Shown here piece by piece: positions 1 through 12,474 of a stretch of DNA of 64,000 nt. The first letter of the stretch is position 1. Each line of letters begins with the position of its first letter. The translations under genes were made by a program, and so were the position numbers. The DNA is taken from contig NC_043002.1 of assembly GCF_006345805.1 (NCBI RefSeq), forward strand, positions 100,936,001 through 101,000,000, written 5' to 3'. The notes under the pieces were generated by a model. That model was not told the DNA's origin and made no database searches. It saw only the letters and a program-made list of their open reading frames with translations. The DNA is from Octopus sinensis (lineage: Eukaryota).

Positions 1-70
1 ATCGACTTAATCCGTTTGTCTGTCCTCGTTTGTCCTCTCTGCGTTTAGCCCCTTGTGGGTAGTAAAGAAA
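1..70 (+). mobile_element. 3' end of tRNA-derived SINE (cut by window edge)
   Basis: Matches the 3' part of the first SINE unit at about 8163-8238 (atcgacttaa...tttagccccttgtggg.a.taaagaaa). Confidence 0.75.
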
Positions 71-73
71 AGA

Positions 74-495
74 GAAGAGAATCATAATGGGGGTCATGAG
101 ATGATAACATAGCTACATTTATTTATCTCCTTATCACCATCAAAAGCTCTAATACAACTAATTTTCCACGTCCACTAAGAATTAAAACAACGGGAAATTA
201 AGAGTTAAGTTCTTGCTGCTGATCATGAATTAATTAATGCCAGATATTCTTCCCTACCCTTAATATACTGTGGCTATAAATTCGGTATGGCCACATTAAG
301 GAACAAGTCTCACAAGATGTCAGTAAGATAGGTGTTTATCACCAGAAAGAGGGAGGGTGATGGTGACATAAACTATTTCAATATTGTCAGTTGAAAGGGT
401 CCTAAAATAGAAGACAAAGGAGGTCACAGTAAGATCTAAATGGGTATTAAGGATACAGGGGAAAATTTATATCCAAAATTTAGAATGATTTATAT
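74..495. repeat. Unclassified ~420-bp interspersed repeat, copy 1
   Basis: Collinear, clearly homologous copy at 41554-41967 (gaagagaat..aatgggggtcatgagatg ... atttatatccaaaa). Confidence 0.8.
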
Positions 496-814
496 ATTAT
501 ATTTTTACAGTCTATATACATTACTCTTTTACTCGTTTCAGAAAGCCGAAGTCGGCTGCGGTCATACTGGTGCACCATCATATATTTTATTCTTTTGTTT
601 CAGACATGTGACTAAGGCTGCTCCGAAACAAAAGCATGGAATTTCATAGTCATCTCTAATATGTTTGCCAGAAAGATAGAGCTCGCTCTCCTACACGAAA
701 GTTAATACCCATTTCTTATTTATGTTCAACACAATCGAAATGAGTAAACTTCAAAATTCATAGTACACGTTTGGCAGCTGTTTTGACCCCTGTCGACAAC
801 GGCAGTATCTGGTA

Positions 815-992
<178 letters not shown>

Positions 993-1033
993 TCTGTATG
1001 TGTACATATAGATATATTCATATATATATATAT

Positions 1034-1294
1034 ATTCAAAAATATAAGGAATGACCATAATAGGACATCCGACTCACTCTGCTGAAGAGGCACGCCAGTT
1101 GTAAATAAATTTAATTTAATTTAATTAATTTGTTTACCAAAGTTGGCCGAAACCATGCATAGTCCAGAGATGAAAGGAGTAAATGTTTTTATTTCTCTTT
1201 CAATTTCAGAATTATAATTATTAGCGGTTTGAGTTTGGCTGCTCTTTCTAGTGTGTCGAATGTCCTATTATGGCCATTCCTTATATTTTTGAAT
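1034..1294. repeat. Fold-back: 45-bp inverted arms (1034-1078 / 1250-1294) enclosing a hammerhead motif
   Basis: attcaaaaatataaggaatgaccataataggacatccgactcact versus the reverse complement of 1250-1294: 42/45 matches. Confidence 0.9.
1077..1169 (+). ncRNA. Type I hammerhead ribozyme motif H1
   Basis: Stem I ctctg(1077-81)/cagag(1165-69); core CTGAAGA 1082-88; stem II ggc/gcc plus an AT-rich hairpin extension; GAAA 1149-52; short stem III with palindromic ATGCAT loop; GTC cleavage triplet 1162-64. Confidence 0.7.
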
Positions 1295-1403
1295 GTATTT
1301 TATATAGTCTTAGACTATCTTTTCTTTCTCGCTATATATGTATGTATATATACATACATACATATATATCCGTATATATGTATAAGCATATATGTATATA
1401 TAT

Positions 1404-1475
<72 letters not shown>

Positions 1476-1829
1476 ATTAAAGTTGGGTGGCTACCGCACG
1501 AATATATGCTTGTGTATGTGTATTATGATTGTCAGGGTGGTGTGCATGTGTGCGTGTATGTGTGTGTTTGTTCGCATGTGTGCTATAATTTGTCAGGGCC
1601 GTGTGTGTGTCCGTATGTACACGTGTGTGTGTTATATTTGTCAGGGCGGTGATTGTCCATGTGTAAGTGTTACGTGTATGTGCCTGTGCATGTGTGTATA
1701 TGTCTGAGTCTGTGAGTCATTGTTGTTACTGTTAAATTTTCTTGCGTATGGATGTGCGTTCCTGGGAGGTGAGGTATTGTGTTTGTGAATGCGTGTGGGT
1801 GGTGTGCGTGCGTATAGGAATTAGACTAT

Positions 1830-3240
1830 AACCGAGTTGTTCCGACACCGTTCGATAGTCCAATATATTTTTTAAGATATAAGAGTAGGTTTAACTGTGG
1901 TATATATTTTGGTTGTCGATTGCCCTTAGCCCGTCCTATTCCATTAAAAATTAATGATGATGGGTACTATCTTTCCATTAGAATTCCATTTAATTCTTGG
2001 AGTCTTTTCTCGCGCGCGTCATAATTTGAGACAACTGTACAAATTCTTCTCACTAGATCAAAAGGAATGATTATCTTCATGTGGTTGGAGGTAAACAGAA
2101 AATATTGCTTAGAATCAGTCGGTTTGTAGAGGACATCAGCTTCAACGTTTTTGTCATTTTTATGATTAAGTTATCTAGAAATGGCAGTTTGTCTTGACTA
2201 TATTCCATTGTGAATTGTATATAATTATTGAAGCTGTTTATTAGGTCTTTGATTTCATTGAGTTGGTCGAATGTGTGAGACCATAGAATGGGGCAGTCAT
2301 GCAAGTAGCGCTTCCAATTTTCCAACACTTGTAGAAATCCAGGCCGTATTTTAATTTTGACTGTTCATATATTTTCAACTTCTAGGTAAGCCATAACTAT
2401 ATTAGCGTAATTTGGAGCAACTTTTATACTCATCAGAGTCCCTGATATCTATTTATAGGTTTTATCGTTAAAGTTAAAAAAGTTCTTTTGCAAAATGAGC
2501 TTAGGTCCCTCGAGGATAAGATCTTTTTCTATTCTTCCCGGAATCATACTGGAATATTTTCCCAGACAGTATTGTATTGCTTCCTGTCCGTATTAGTGTG
2601 GAATAGTAGCGTAGAGTTTTATCGCATCAAAAGAGAAGATGAAAATGTCCCTGCTGGCCTGTTTGGGGAGGTGGTTTAGAAAATCCTGGTCATCTCATAT
2701 AATACTTAGTATGTGTTTGACAATTAGTTTTAGCAGTATGTCTATAAAATTGCTTAAACTGTGTGCTTCACAATTTTGGTCGCCACAATTGGTCTCAGTT
2801 TGAAGTCAGTGGGATGTGGGGCATTGACGTAGGTGGAGGTGCACTTTTGCAAGCTTTGTTAATCATTTTGCTCTTGTGGATTTTCGGATGTCCGCAGAGG
2901 TTGCTGGTTTTGCATTTAACATGTGATAAATGGGAACATTCATTTTCCTTACTTTTTGATTTTAGAAAACGGGTGCGTTTAATTTGATCGTTGATTTTGC
3001 TGGTTATTGTCTACACTTTCATGGTCAGTAGTATCTTCTAAGAGGTGAGAGACATTTTTTTTTTGGTATTTGTTACTCACAATGAAAGCAGTTCTTCCCT
3101 TAATCCCTCCCTTCATTATGACATCATTATTGTTTTTTAAATCGTGGATGATCTCCCATTCATTTTGACTGGATTGGATTTGGATTGAGGTTGGCTGCCA
3201 TCAACCACATTGCTTTTTTAAAAAAGAAGACAACAAGCGG
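1830..3240 (-). mobile_element. Decayed Penelope-like element, RT/thumb region
   Basis: ORF 2077-2328 contains WKRYLHDC..W and IQFTMEYSQDKLPFLD (PLE RT motifs); adjacent frames give PLE-type thumb residues; multiple stops and frameshifts. Confidence 0.8.
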
Positions 3241-4560
3241 AATGGTCAGTATTCATAAAACCCTACCGGAAAGAATTAAGATCTGAGTCATACATTAATT
3301 TACGTGATGACATCGATAACAAAATTGCTGATGAAGACATTGAGAAATTGTCCATCCATCCACTCATGTTTATTGGTAGCCCCAGATATGTGCCATGACA
3401 TATGTTAGGAACGTTGGTAGATCAGACCTATTCATAACTCTGAAATGTATTCCGAAGTGGAAAGAGATTCAAAATGGATTGCTTCCAGGTCAAACACATG
3501 TAAATATATACCACCTCACTCATAGGTCTTCCAGACAGAAAGTGTTGAAAGTGATGGATGTCATGACAAAGGGAAATATCTTTGGACCGATCAGTTGTCA
3601 TACGCACACAACTGAATGGCAGTATCCTCATGCATTCATTCTTATTTGGCTGCATGAAAAATTTCCTTCTGATCAAATTGACAGAATAATATCTGCAAAT
3701 CTACCCGATCCATCTAACGACAAAGCATCGTATGAAATAGTTAAGATTCAAATGGTACATGGCCCATGTGGAGCTCTTATCAATAATTGACCCTGTATTC
3801 AAGACAATAGATACAACAGACAAATATCAACGAAGTTCTTTGTAAGGCTATCATGTTTGAAAGACACTCAACGATAGATATGTAACTTAAAAAAGAAGGA
3901 ATCCTTGAGAATTAGATTCTCAAACAAAAGGTGGACAATTTCAAATTGGCAATAGGTGGACTGTTCCATATTACCCATTGTTACTCAAAATATTTAATGT
4001 TCATATCAATTTTGAATTTTACAACTCGGGTGAAATCCATAAAATATGTCTGCAAATATGTCAACAAAGGATCCGATACTGCAATGTTTGCTCTACAGAG
4101 ACAGGATGTTCAAGATGAAGTCAGAATATATGAAAACAAGGTAGATGCATCAGCAGCAACGAAGCATTTTGGAGAATATTTGCACTTCCATTACAGGACC
4201 GTTATTGTCCATATATTGAAATCCAAATATTCTCCAAAATGCTTTATTGATGCTGAAGGTTTCTACCATGTTCATATATACCGACTTTATCATAAACATC
4301 CTGTCTTTGAAGAGCAAACATTCAACAGTCGGCTGTTTGTCTTAAAAATTAGCAACGTCTCTATATCACAGCTGCAATCGCCGCTCAACAGTCATTGGTT
4401 CCTAAAGAAACTACTCTAACGGCTTATTTCAAACTTTGCCACGACAACGATCCATTTGCAATGAAAATTTATTGTTACCGACTACCATCTTAATACACAT
4501 AATTAGCAAGAGAAGACGCGCAAAAGTGGTGCACCTGTTAAAACTCATCCCGATCAGATT
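3240..4560 (+). mobile_element. Decayed Helitron RepHel, Rep domain fragment
   Basis: DLFITLKCIPKWKEI, EWQYPHAFILIWL, IDRIISANLPD, MVHGPCG, SIKYVCKYVNKGSD and TTLTAYFKLC match Helitron Rep motifs; frameshifted. Confidence 0.85.
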
Positions 4561-5636
4561 GCATAGTGCCCTTGGAAGATTTTTTCCCAGTACATCTTAA
4601 TCAAAATGGGTGTCTCTACTTAAGGATCCATATTTGTTTATGCGTTTCTATTTGTCTATATATTAAACCGGAAAAATAAATAAATACATTTTGCTTTGTC
4701 AGCGCGATTACTCTGTCTCATACCTCCCTGGGCAATCGAACTCAGCACATTCTAATTGTATTGTTGAATGACTGTAAAGTTGCAAAGGTTTATATTATAT
4801 TCTATTAAAATCTTTACTTTATAATTAACATCTCTTGACAATTATATTTGGAAATATTTGTTCTTGTATAAGTAAATGTTTTGTATATCTTCACTTTTAT
4901 AGATAGAGAGACTGACCAGTTGAAAACCGAAACCAACGCCAAATCAGTTTACAATAAATTGATGAGGAATAAACTCATTTAAGAAACTAATTAATAAACT
5001 AGTTTCAGAGCCAATTCTTCAGTTTCTTTTTGTTTTGTTTTTCCTATATATACTGTGATCTTTATGCTTGTTAGAAACCGTTACAACAAAAATTTGATTA
5101 ACACGCAACATTTACTTTCGCTCTGCCGATCATTCATCTGACCCTTACCGGTATTCTTCAATGCCACCAAGTCAATCTTCAGCCTTTCTTTTTCTTCAAC
5201 TGCCCCTTGTTTTCAGTATCCCATCCATCGTACCACACTCAGGCCGATGCTCCACCGACCAACTTTATCTCATCACCATACTATCACTTACATTCAATAC
5301 CCAAACACACAGACGCCACTGCCCAGCACATCCTCGCAGCTATCGCTTACACACATGCATACGCATACAACCTGTTCTCCACCTGACTACCGCCTCTACA
5401 TACACCAACACGTCCACACATACATAATGTCTTACACTCTAATGATATGATGTATCTACCCAGACATACCGGCTCTCTGTTTCACGTACACCCATTCGCA
5501 TAGACACACACGTAATAAATTGCACTTATTCTCTACCGTAAACCCACATAAAACCCCATACCTGTTCTAGAATGCACACCTCGCACACATACCATCATTT
5601 CCTCTATGCTTTACAGCTGTACTTTAATTATTCATC

Positions 5637-6385
5637 CGTGGATCAACAATTGCTCAAGACAATAATTAATCTTTCCAACTGATATTTCAAGTCGCGTAAT
5701 ACAAGCACGGACCGACACAAAAGCTTGCAACGCACTCACACATGCCCCCGCTTCGCTAAACTCCTTCTTCCTTCGCTAATACTCAAAAAGCATGAAGTGC
5801 TTGAAAAACTATACGTTTTAACACTTGCTGGACCAAATGAAACACGAAAGCCTTAAAAAACAAGGTTATGTTGACTATTTGGTGGTGCACTGCTTGACTC
5901 ATCTACTATAACTTCTTAAAACACGGAAAAATACATTACTGAAGAATCATATTGCCATGAAATTGCCAAAATAAACGAAAAACTGCCACTCCTCCATTCT
6001 AGACCGGTCAACAGAAGAAGGCCAATCATTTTTTATGACAAGGCCCGACGACATGTTTCACTAATGACGCACCAGATGTCGAGGGAATTTAGCTACGAAG
6101 TTCTTCCCCACGCAGGTTATTCCACAGAGTTTTCTTCTACCGATGGTTTCCTGCGAGAGAAGTAGTTCAAAAATCAAACCAATGCTGAAAGTGAATTCAA
6201 AGAGTTCATCAGCTCCGAAACTCCAGCTTTTTATGTTACCAGAATAAACAAACTTGGAACTCGTTGGCAAAATCATGTTAATTGTAATGGTCCTTACTTT
6301 GGTGACTAAAATTTCCGCATTGTATAGATATATTGTGATGAATTTCATGTTTTAAAACGTTGCTTACTTTTTACTAAGCCTGGTA
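5637..6385 (+). mobile_element. Decayed mariner transposase fragment with 3' TIR
   Basis: PVNRRRPIIFYDKARRHVS (LHDNARPH-like) and RWQNHVNCNGPYF C-terminus; TIR-like end at about 6350-6385. Confidence 0.75.
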
Positions 6386-6389
6386 GAAC

Positions 6390-7990
6390 GAAATCATAGA
6401 TAAATATGAGAAGAGTGCTTGCAGTGGAGATAGCACGGGAATTCGACCGAAGCATATCGACGTTTTGCACCATCTTGAAGAAAAACGACGAGATGAAGGC
6501 TGTTACAGTAGTAAAGGGTGTCTGACTCCAGGCTCTCTAAGTAACTCACTTCTGTCCACGAAAGGACGGGAAAATTGCATCTCCTGAAGCAACTCGCAGA
6601 GGATACGATTACATAGACCATCATCTGCGGGAAAGGACGGGCGCTGTATGGAAATCTCCTGAATAAGAACCCTGGAACATCGACAGAGGAAACATTAGCA
6701 GACGCATATGAAACCAGTCGCGGCTGCTGTCATAATTTAAAGAAGAGGACTGGTGTTCATAGCGTCGTCAAGTATACAGAGGCAGCGAGTTCTGACACGA
6801 AAGCAGCTGAAGATTTCGTGCGTGAGTTCCGTCAGCTCATCGCAGCCGAGGGGTACACAACTGGTAGTCAACTGTGGTGAAACGGACCTTTTTTGGAAAG
6901 AAATGCCCAGAACATACATATCTTTAGACGAGAAAAAATTCCAGGCTAAATATCGTCCTTCGTGCCAATGTGAGTGGAGACATGAAGATTAAGATACTCC
7001 TTGTTTACCGTTCCGAAACCCCTGCGCGTTCAAGTCGCACAAAATCCCGAAGGAGAAGCTGCAGGTCATGTGGAGGACAAACGTTAAACCCTGGGTAACC
7101 AGGCAATTCTTCTTAAATTTATTTTCCGTACCTTTCACTCAACACTACCCCTATCTTGCAGCCCAGAGGCCAACAGGTGATTTTTAATTTTAAAAAGTTG
7201 AATACCAAACACCTGTTTCCTCGGTCCTTTGGATTCACCGGAAATACAAATCTAACCCTTCGTGAGTTTTGAAATGAGCACTGCAGCATTGTATACTGCC
7301 TGAAAATCATCAATATAGCCTGGCATGGTGTAACGAGAACACTGGATTCTGCATGGAGTAAACTGTGGTCTAACTGCGTATCTGAAAACGTCTTCGAAGA
7401 GTTTGAGTCTCAGATACCTGTAGTTGAGGAGATAGTTTCTCATAGGAAGTCCATGGGCCTTTCGGTTAATGGGGGACAGTAACGATCTCATCGAGGTGCT
7501 GACTCAGAGAAGCTGACGACAGATGAACTCCTACAGCTTCAGGAGCAGGAGCATTTGGATGCGGTGGAAGAGATAGGTTCCTCAAAGGAGAACAGTGAAG
7601 CGGAAAATACTGAGGGGAATGTAGCGAAGAATACCGAGTGACATACATGCAGTGTTTGCAAAGTCGCAGTATGTTTCTGAATTTGTAGATAAATATCATC
7701 CTGTAAAAGTAGCTACAGATCGTACAGCTGTTTAATTTAATGACTCTGCTCTGGCGCATTTTCGTAACATTTTGGAAGGCAGGAAAAAGCAGGCTTATCT
7801 TGATATGTTTCTAATGCAAAGACCTGCAAATTAAAAAAAGTGGTGAACGTGTATCCAAAAATATTAAATGAAGTGAAGTGAGAGAGAAAATGCTAGAAAT
7901 TGTTCTTCCTCAAGTTTTAATGAAATGGAATTCTCCTTCCCGCTCTATCGTCTTCCCCGCGCACATATCGTTCCATCTTTAAGGTAATTC
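6390..7990 (+). mobile_element. Decayed pogo/Tigger-like DNA transposon
   Basis: LAVEIAREFDRSISTFCTILK (psq-type HTH), EAASSDTKAAEDF and NCGETDLFWKEMPRTYIS (DDE region); many stops. Confidence 0.8.
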
Positions 7991-8003
7991 AGTTAATATA
8001 ATC

Positions 8004-8407
8004 CAAGGCGGCGACCTGGCAAAATCGTTAGCACGCCAGGCGACAAGCTTAACGGTATTTCGTCTGTCTTTATGTTCTGAGTTCAAAATTCCGCCGAGGT
8101 CGACTTTGCCTTTCATCCTTTCGGGGTCGATAAATTAAGTACAATTTACGCACTGGAGTCGATGTAATCGACTTAATACCTATGTCTGTCCTTGTTTGGC
8201 CCCTCTATGTTTAGCCCCTTGTGGGTAATAAAGAAATAGGTATTTCATTTGTCTTTACGTTCTGAGTTCAAATTCCGCCGAGGTCAAATTTGCCTTTCAT
8301 CCTTTCGGCGTCGATAAATTAAGTACCGGTTGCGTATTGGGATCGATCTTATCAACTGGCACCTTCCCCCAAGATTTCCGGTTTTGTTCTTCGAGTAGAA
8401 AATAATT
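8004..8407 (+). mobile_element. Dimeric tRNA-derived SINE (octopus-type)
   Basis: tRNA-like head (tggcaaaatcgttag / gttcaaaattcc); body gaggtcgactttgcctttcatcctttcgg..tcgataaattaagtac present twice, each followed by a different tail. Confidence 0.85.
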
Positions 8408-8842
8408 CACTTAATAAAATCAGTTTCCATATTTCTTTTGCATTCTTTCTTTATAATTGTCATTTTACCTCTCTCTCTCTCTCTCTTTTTTTTTTTTTTT
8501 TACTCTGGTGAAGTCTTAGTAGTAGGCAATAGATAGTAGGTGGTAGTAGTCCTAAAAGAATATTTGATATGGAGTCTTGGTTTTCGTTGTTTAAGACAGC
8601 AAAGTAAATAATGATATCAAGAACAAAATGAGAAATTTAATAATGCTAATAGCACTATCTGGCAACCAAGCTAGATTGCAACGGTGAAGGCTTTTCCAGA
8701 ATGAAAGTGTTTCGTCCACTTGTGACAGTGATGTATTGTGACTCTCTATTAAAAGGGACAATACTTACACAGCATCATCGCAGATTCATATTTCTTAAAT
8801 TCTAAGGAAACTTTTATGTAAAAAAAAAAGACCAATACCACA

Positions 8843-10215
8843 ATGCAGGAAGAAAACAGGGTCTTTAATGAAGATTAGGGACTGCAGTATTAATTTGTAC
8901 CTTGGAAAGTTAAGAAGGTTTGTTTTCTTTGTGATACTGCGATAACGACATTAACACTTAATGCTCATCAACTCTATACGACTCATAAAGATAATAAATA
9001 TTTCAATTTAGAGGAAGAGACACGAAATTTTGGTCTGCAAACATTTAAAGAATGGAAAACAAAAGCAAATACAGCTATTTCAGTCTGTGCCGAGATCTGA
9101 AAATTATGTCACAGAAGCAACTTGCACAGTTGCTATTATACTGAGGAAAAAAGGTAAGCCTTTCAGGGATGTGGGAATTGTGAAACAGTGTATTACTGAA
9201 GTCAAAGCATGCTCAAACTCCGATAAGATTTCAAACTATAAATAATTACCTCTTTCGAAGAGAACCATAACTGAACAGCAGTATAAGTTATCCCCCAATG
9301 TAACAGAACAAATTCATTCTTACGTATGTGCAGATGGTACTCCTTCCATGACTGGAAAACGTAAAAGATTTATTGCTTAGATAAGTTGTATTAGATCCAG
9401 ATGTTCTCATAAATTTTCCTCGTATATATCATCAGCAAAATCTACTTTTTTAACTATATTCTTAACTATATTCGTACCAATGCAACAATGCAACGTTATT
9501 TACATAACGTGCTGCGGTTGGACAATGAAGTATTCGGTGTGCATTTGATGTATCTCTCTAGTGTGTTGACTTGCAAGGACGGGTATTAGAAAACTTTTTA
9601 ACTTTATGGGGGCAGATAATAAAATTTATTAGGAACAGAATAAACAATGTGAATTATTAGATGAATATTTCTATACAAATACTGTATTTCTTTGATATAT
9701 CATGCCAAAGCAAAATGACTTGAATATTTGTTTGTAGGGTAAAACAAAATTTATGACGTGGCAAAAGTTCAAGCATTTCCGAAAAAAGCTTTCTTTTTTG
9801 AAAGATTTTTCCTTTAAAATGAAATTTTAACTGTACACTTTCCTCTTTTAGCTAAGGCTATTTATGACCACGAAGATCCGTTTGAAACCGTTGATGAACA
9901 TGCAGGTGTTCTGGATTAATTAAGTGAAGAATACTGTGAAAAGTTCACTGACTTAGCGGAAGATGATATTACACAGATATTCAACCATATTGAGTTGATG
10001 CTTGCAATACTCACAAAGAGATGCAGGTGAAATTAATCGAGCTCTCAGAATATTACATCTTAAAGTCGCTATTTAACGTTAAAAAGGATCCAGTTGAAGT
10101 AAGGAAAAAGGCAGTAGAATACCCACGACTTTTTCAACATACGCAAAATTTGCTTTCTTGCGTATCTATAACATATTGCTAATAATTTATGTTTTCAAAC
10201 TTAAACATAACATAG
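8843..10215 (+). mobile_element. Decayed hAT transposase (SPIN/Charlie, GTF2IRD2-like)
   Basis: MQEENRVFNED..KVCFLCD, VAIILRKKGKPFRDVGIVKQC and LPLSKRTITE; heavily interrupted. Confidence 0.7.
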
Positions 10216-11738
10216 GCCTTCTTTCTTTACGCGAAAGAAACAGCCTCAGTACGCGTAAAGATAGGACTCCTCTTCCAAAAGAATGGCTCCCTCACAGACA
10301 GTCCAACTAGGATCAGTGAGGTACTGAATGATCAGTTCAAAAGTGTCTTTACTTCCCCGTTGGAACACAGACAAGTGAACGAACCAGGGACTTCTTTGCC
10401 GCTTCACATACAACCAGCGAGGCAATTACGATGGAATACATTGACATTAGCGAAGAAGATAAACCACTAGCCATAGTGGAAGTGGACACAATCTCAACTG
10501 CTGGTCCTGGTGGATTCCCATCAATCCTGCTCAAATCGTATAAGCATGCGCTGGCAAAACCCCACCAGATTCTCTTCCAGAGATTTCTTGCAAATGGCAG
10601 ACAGCTAAGCAAGCTGAAGGAGGGAATAATATGCCCAATCCATAAAGGGGGAAGCTGATCAGATGCCAAAAACTATAGGCCTATCTCTTTGACTTCACAC
10701 ATCAGCAAAGTCATGGAACGGATAGTCAGAGGGAAATTAATTGCATTCCTTGAAGAAAATAACTGAGATATACCCACCATGGCTTTCGACCAGGTAGGAG
10801 CTGCCTGACCCAGCTCTTACAACATTATGACTGGGTGTTGAGGTAGTTACTCAACAACTCAAATATGGACGTAATATACCTTGATTTTGCAAAAGCTTTT
10901 GACAAGGTGGATCATGGTATGATATGCCACAAACGGCGTGATCTCGACATAGCTGGAGAACTTGGAGAGTGGTCACATGACTTTCTGAAAGATAGAAGTC
11001 AGGTAGTAGTGGCTAACGGAGCCACTTCAATGAAAACACGAACAGTGAACGGTGTTCCACAAGGCACTGTCTTGGGACTGTCTTTAGAGTGGTCCTCTCA
11101 GATATGACCTGAAGAACCCAGATAGCCACCACTGCAAGTTACGCAGACGATACGAAAGTCTCGCAAAAAATACAGAACCCCAGCGATGTTGCACATCTGC
11201 AGTAAGAGTTGGACCCAAGTTACAGATGGTCTGATGATAATATTATGCAGTTTAGAACTGGAAAATTCCAAGTCCTGCGCTACCAGCTAAGACTCTATTC
11301 CCTGGAGAGAAGGCGGGAGAGGTATGCAGTAATATACATCTGGAAGATCCTGGAAGTGATTGAGCCAAATTTTGGCACTGAAAGCTACACCAATGCCAGA
11401 ACGGAACGACACTGCTTAGTGCCAAAGATCCCACCAACGCCATCGCGGTTCAGGAGCAGTTACAGCAACAGCCTGGGTTTCAAGGGCCCACAACTTTTTA
11501 ATATTCTCCAAAGAGGCTAATGAACCTGCACAAAGTAAATGAAGGCGTTTTTAAATCAAATCTGGACCTCTTCCTGTCGAGAATCACAGATGAACCTACA
11601 TCACGGCAAGAGGTGCAAAAGAGGTTAGCTATATCAAACTCCATTCTTCACCATGTGCCACATATTAGAGGAGGCTCTACAGTAATAACAGTGTAGCAAA
11701 ACATCAGCTTGGCCGCAGCTCTGAACTGAAACTACAGA

Positions 11739-11740
<2 letters not shown>
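10216..11740 (+). mobile_element. 5'-truncated CR1/L2-group LINE (RT plus 3' end)
   Basis: GPGGFPSILLK, PIHKGGS, NYRPISLTS, DVIYLDFAKAFDKVDH, GVPQGTVLG, YADD and LYSLERRRERY; ends in a tggccgcagctctgaactgaaacta tail. Confidence 0.9.
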
Positions 11741-11786
<46 letters not shown>

Positions 11787-11914
11787 GTATGTATGTATGT
11801 ATGTATGTATGTATGTATGTGTGCATGTATGCATGCATGTATGTATGTATGTAAGCATGTATATACTTACTTGGAAGTGGATACGTTGCGTTCAATTAAA
11901 TAAAATTACAAACA

Positions 11915-11963
<49 letters not shown>

Positions 11964-11965
11964 TA

Positions 11966-12442
11966 CATATATGGGTACAGGACGTAACCAACAGTAAACA
12001 ACATGAATTCCGAAACAAATGAATAAAATAAGCAAATAACGAGTGAAAAAAGGACAAATAATACAAAGAATGCTCTTCATCAGTTGTCGGATGTCTATCC
12101 ACTCCCCATTTCGAGCAATCAATGGCAATATGAGACTCCGAAGACAGTTGCTCCCATAAATACCAATATATAATTTTGGAATTTACTGAGGGCCAAAGTT
12201 AGGGGAAAAAAACAGGATAGTGGAGGGAAACCGAACGAAAACAAAAATATCGGGTGTTTAGACCTCAAGGAGGGAAATAGTGAACGCTAAGAGAAATATT
12301 CTCTTTGAGAAGAGAAAAGATAGAAGAGAGTAATAGGAGACTTCCATTCCGTCCTTTTATTTCTCTCGTTATTTGGGTATTCAACTCATTTGTTTTCGTA
12401 TTTCATGTTGTTTACTGTTGGTGACATCCTGTATCCACATAT
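11966..12442. repeat. Fold-back with ~90-bp inverted arms (11966-12055 / 12351-12442), PLE terminal-repeat type
   Basis: Arms share gtacagga.gt.accaacagtaaacaacatgaa; right arm leads into a GIY-YIG fragment. Confidence 0.8.
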
Positions 12443-12474
12443 GCATATATAGAAACTCCTTCTCCTTTACTTTT

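Noticed and set aside
3931-4419. 162-aa ORF as a host gene
   Set aside because: Chimeric frame across a decayed Helitron Rep; only the KSIKYVCKYVNKGSD part is in the true frame.
12066-12118. Minus-strand GCTC-GAAA...CTGATGAA-GAGC type II hammerhead-like arrangement
   Set aside because: Stem II pairs, but I could not build stems I and III around a UH cleavage site.
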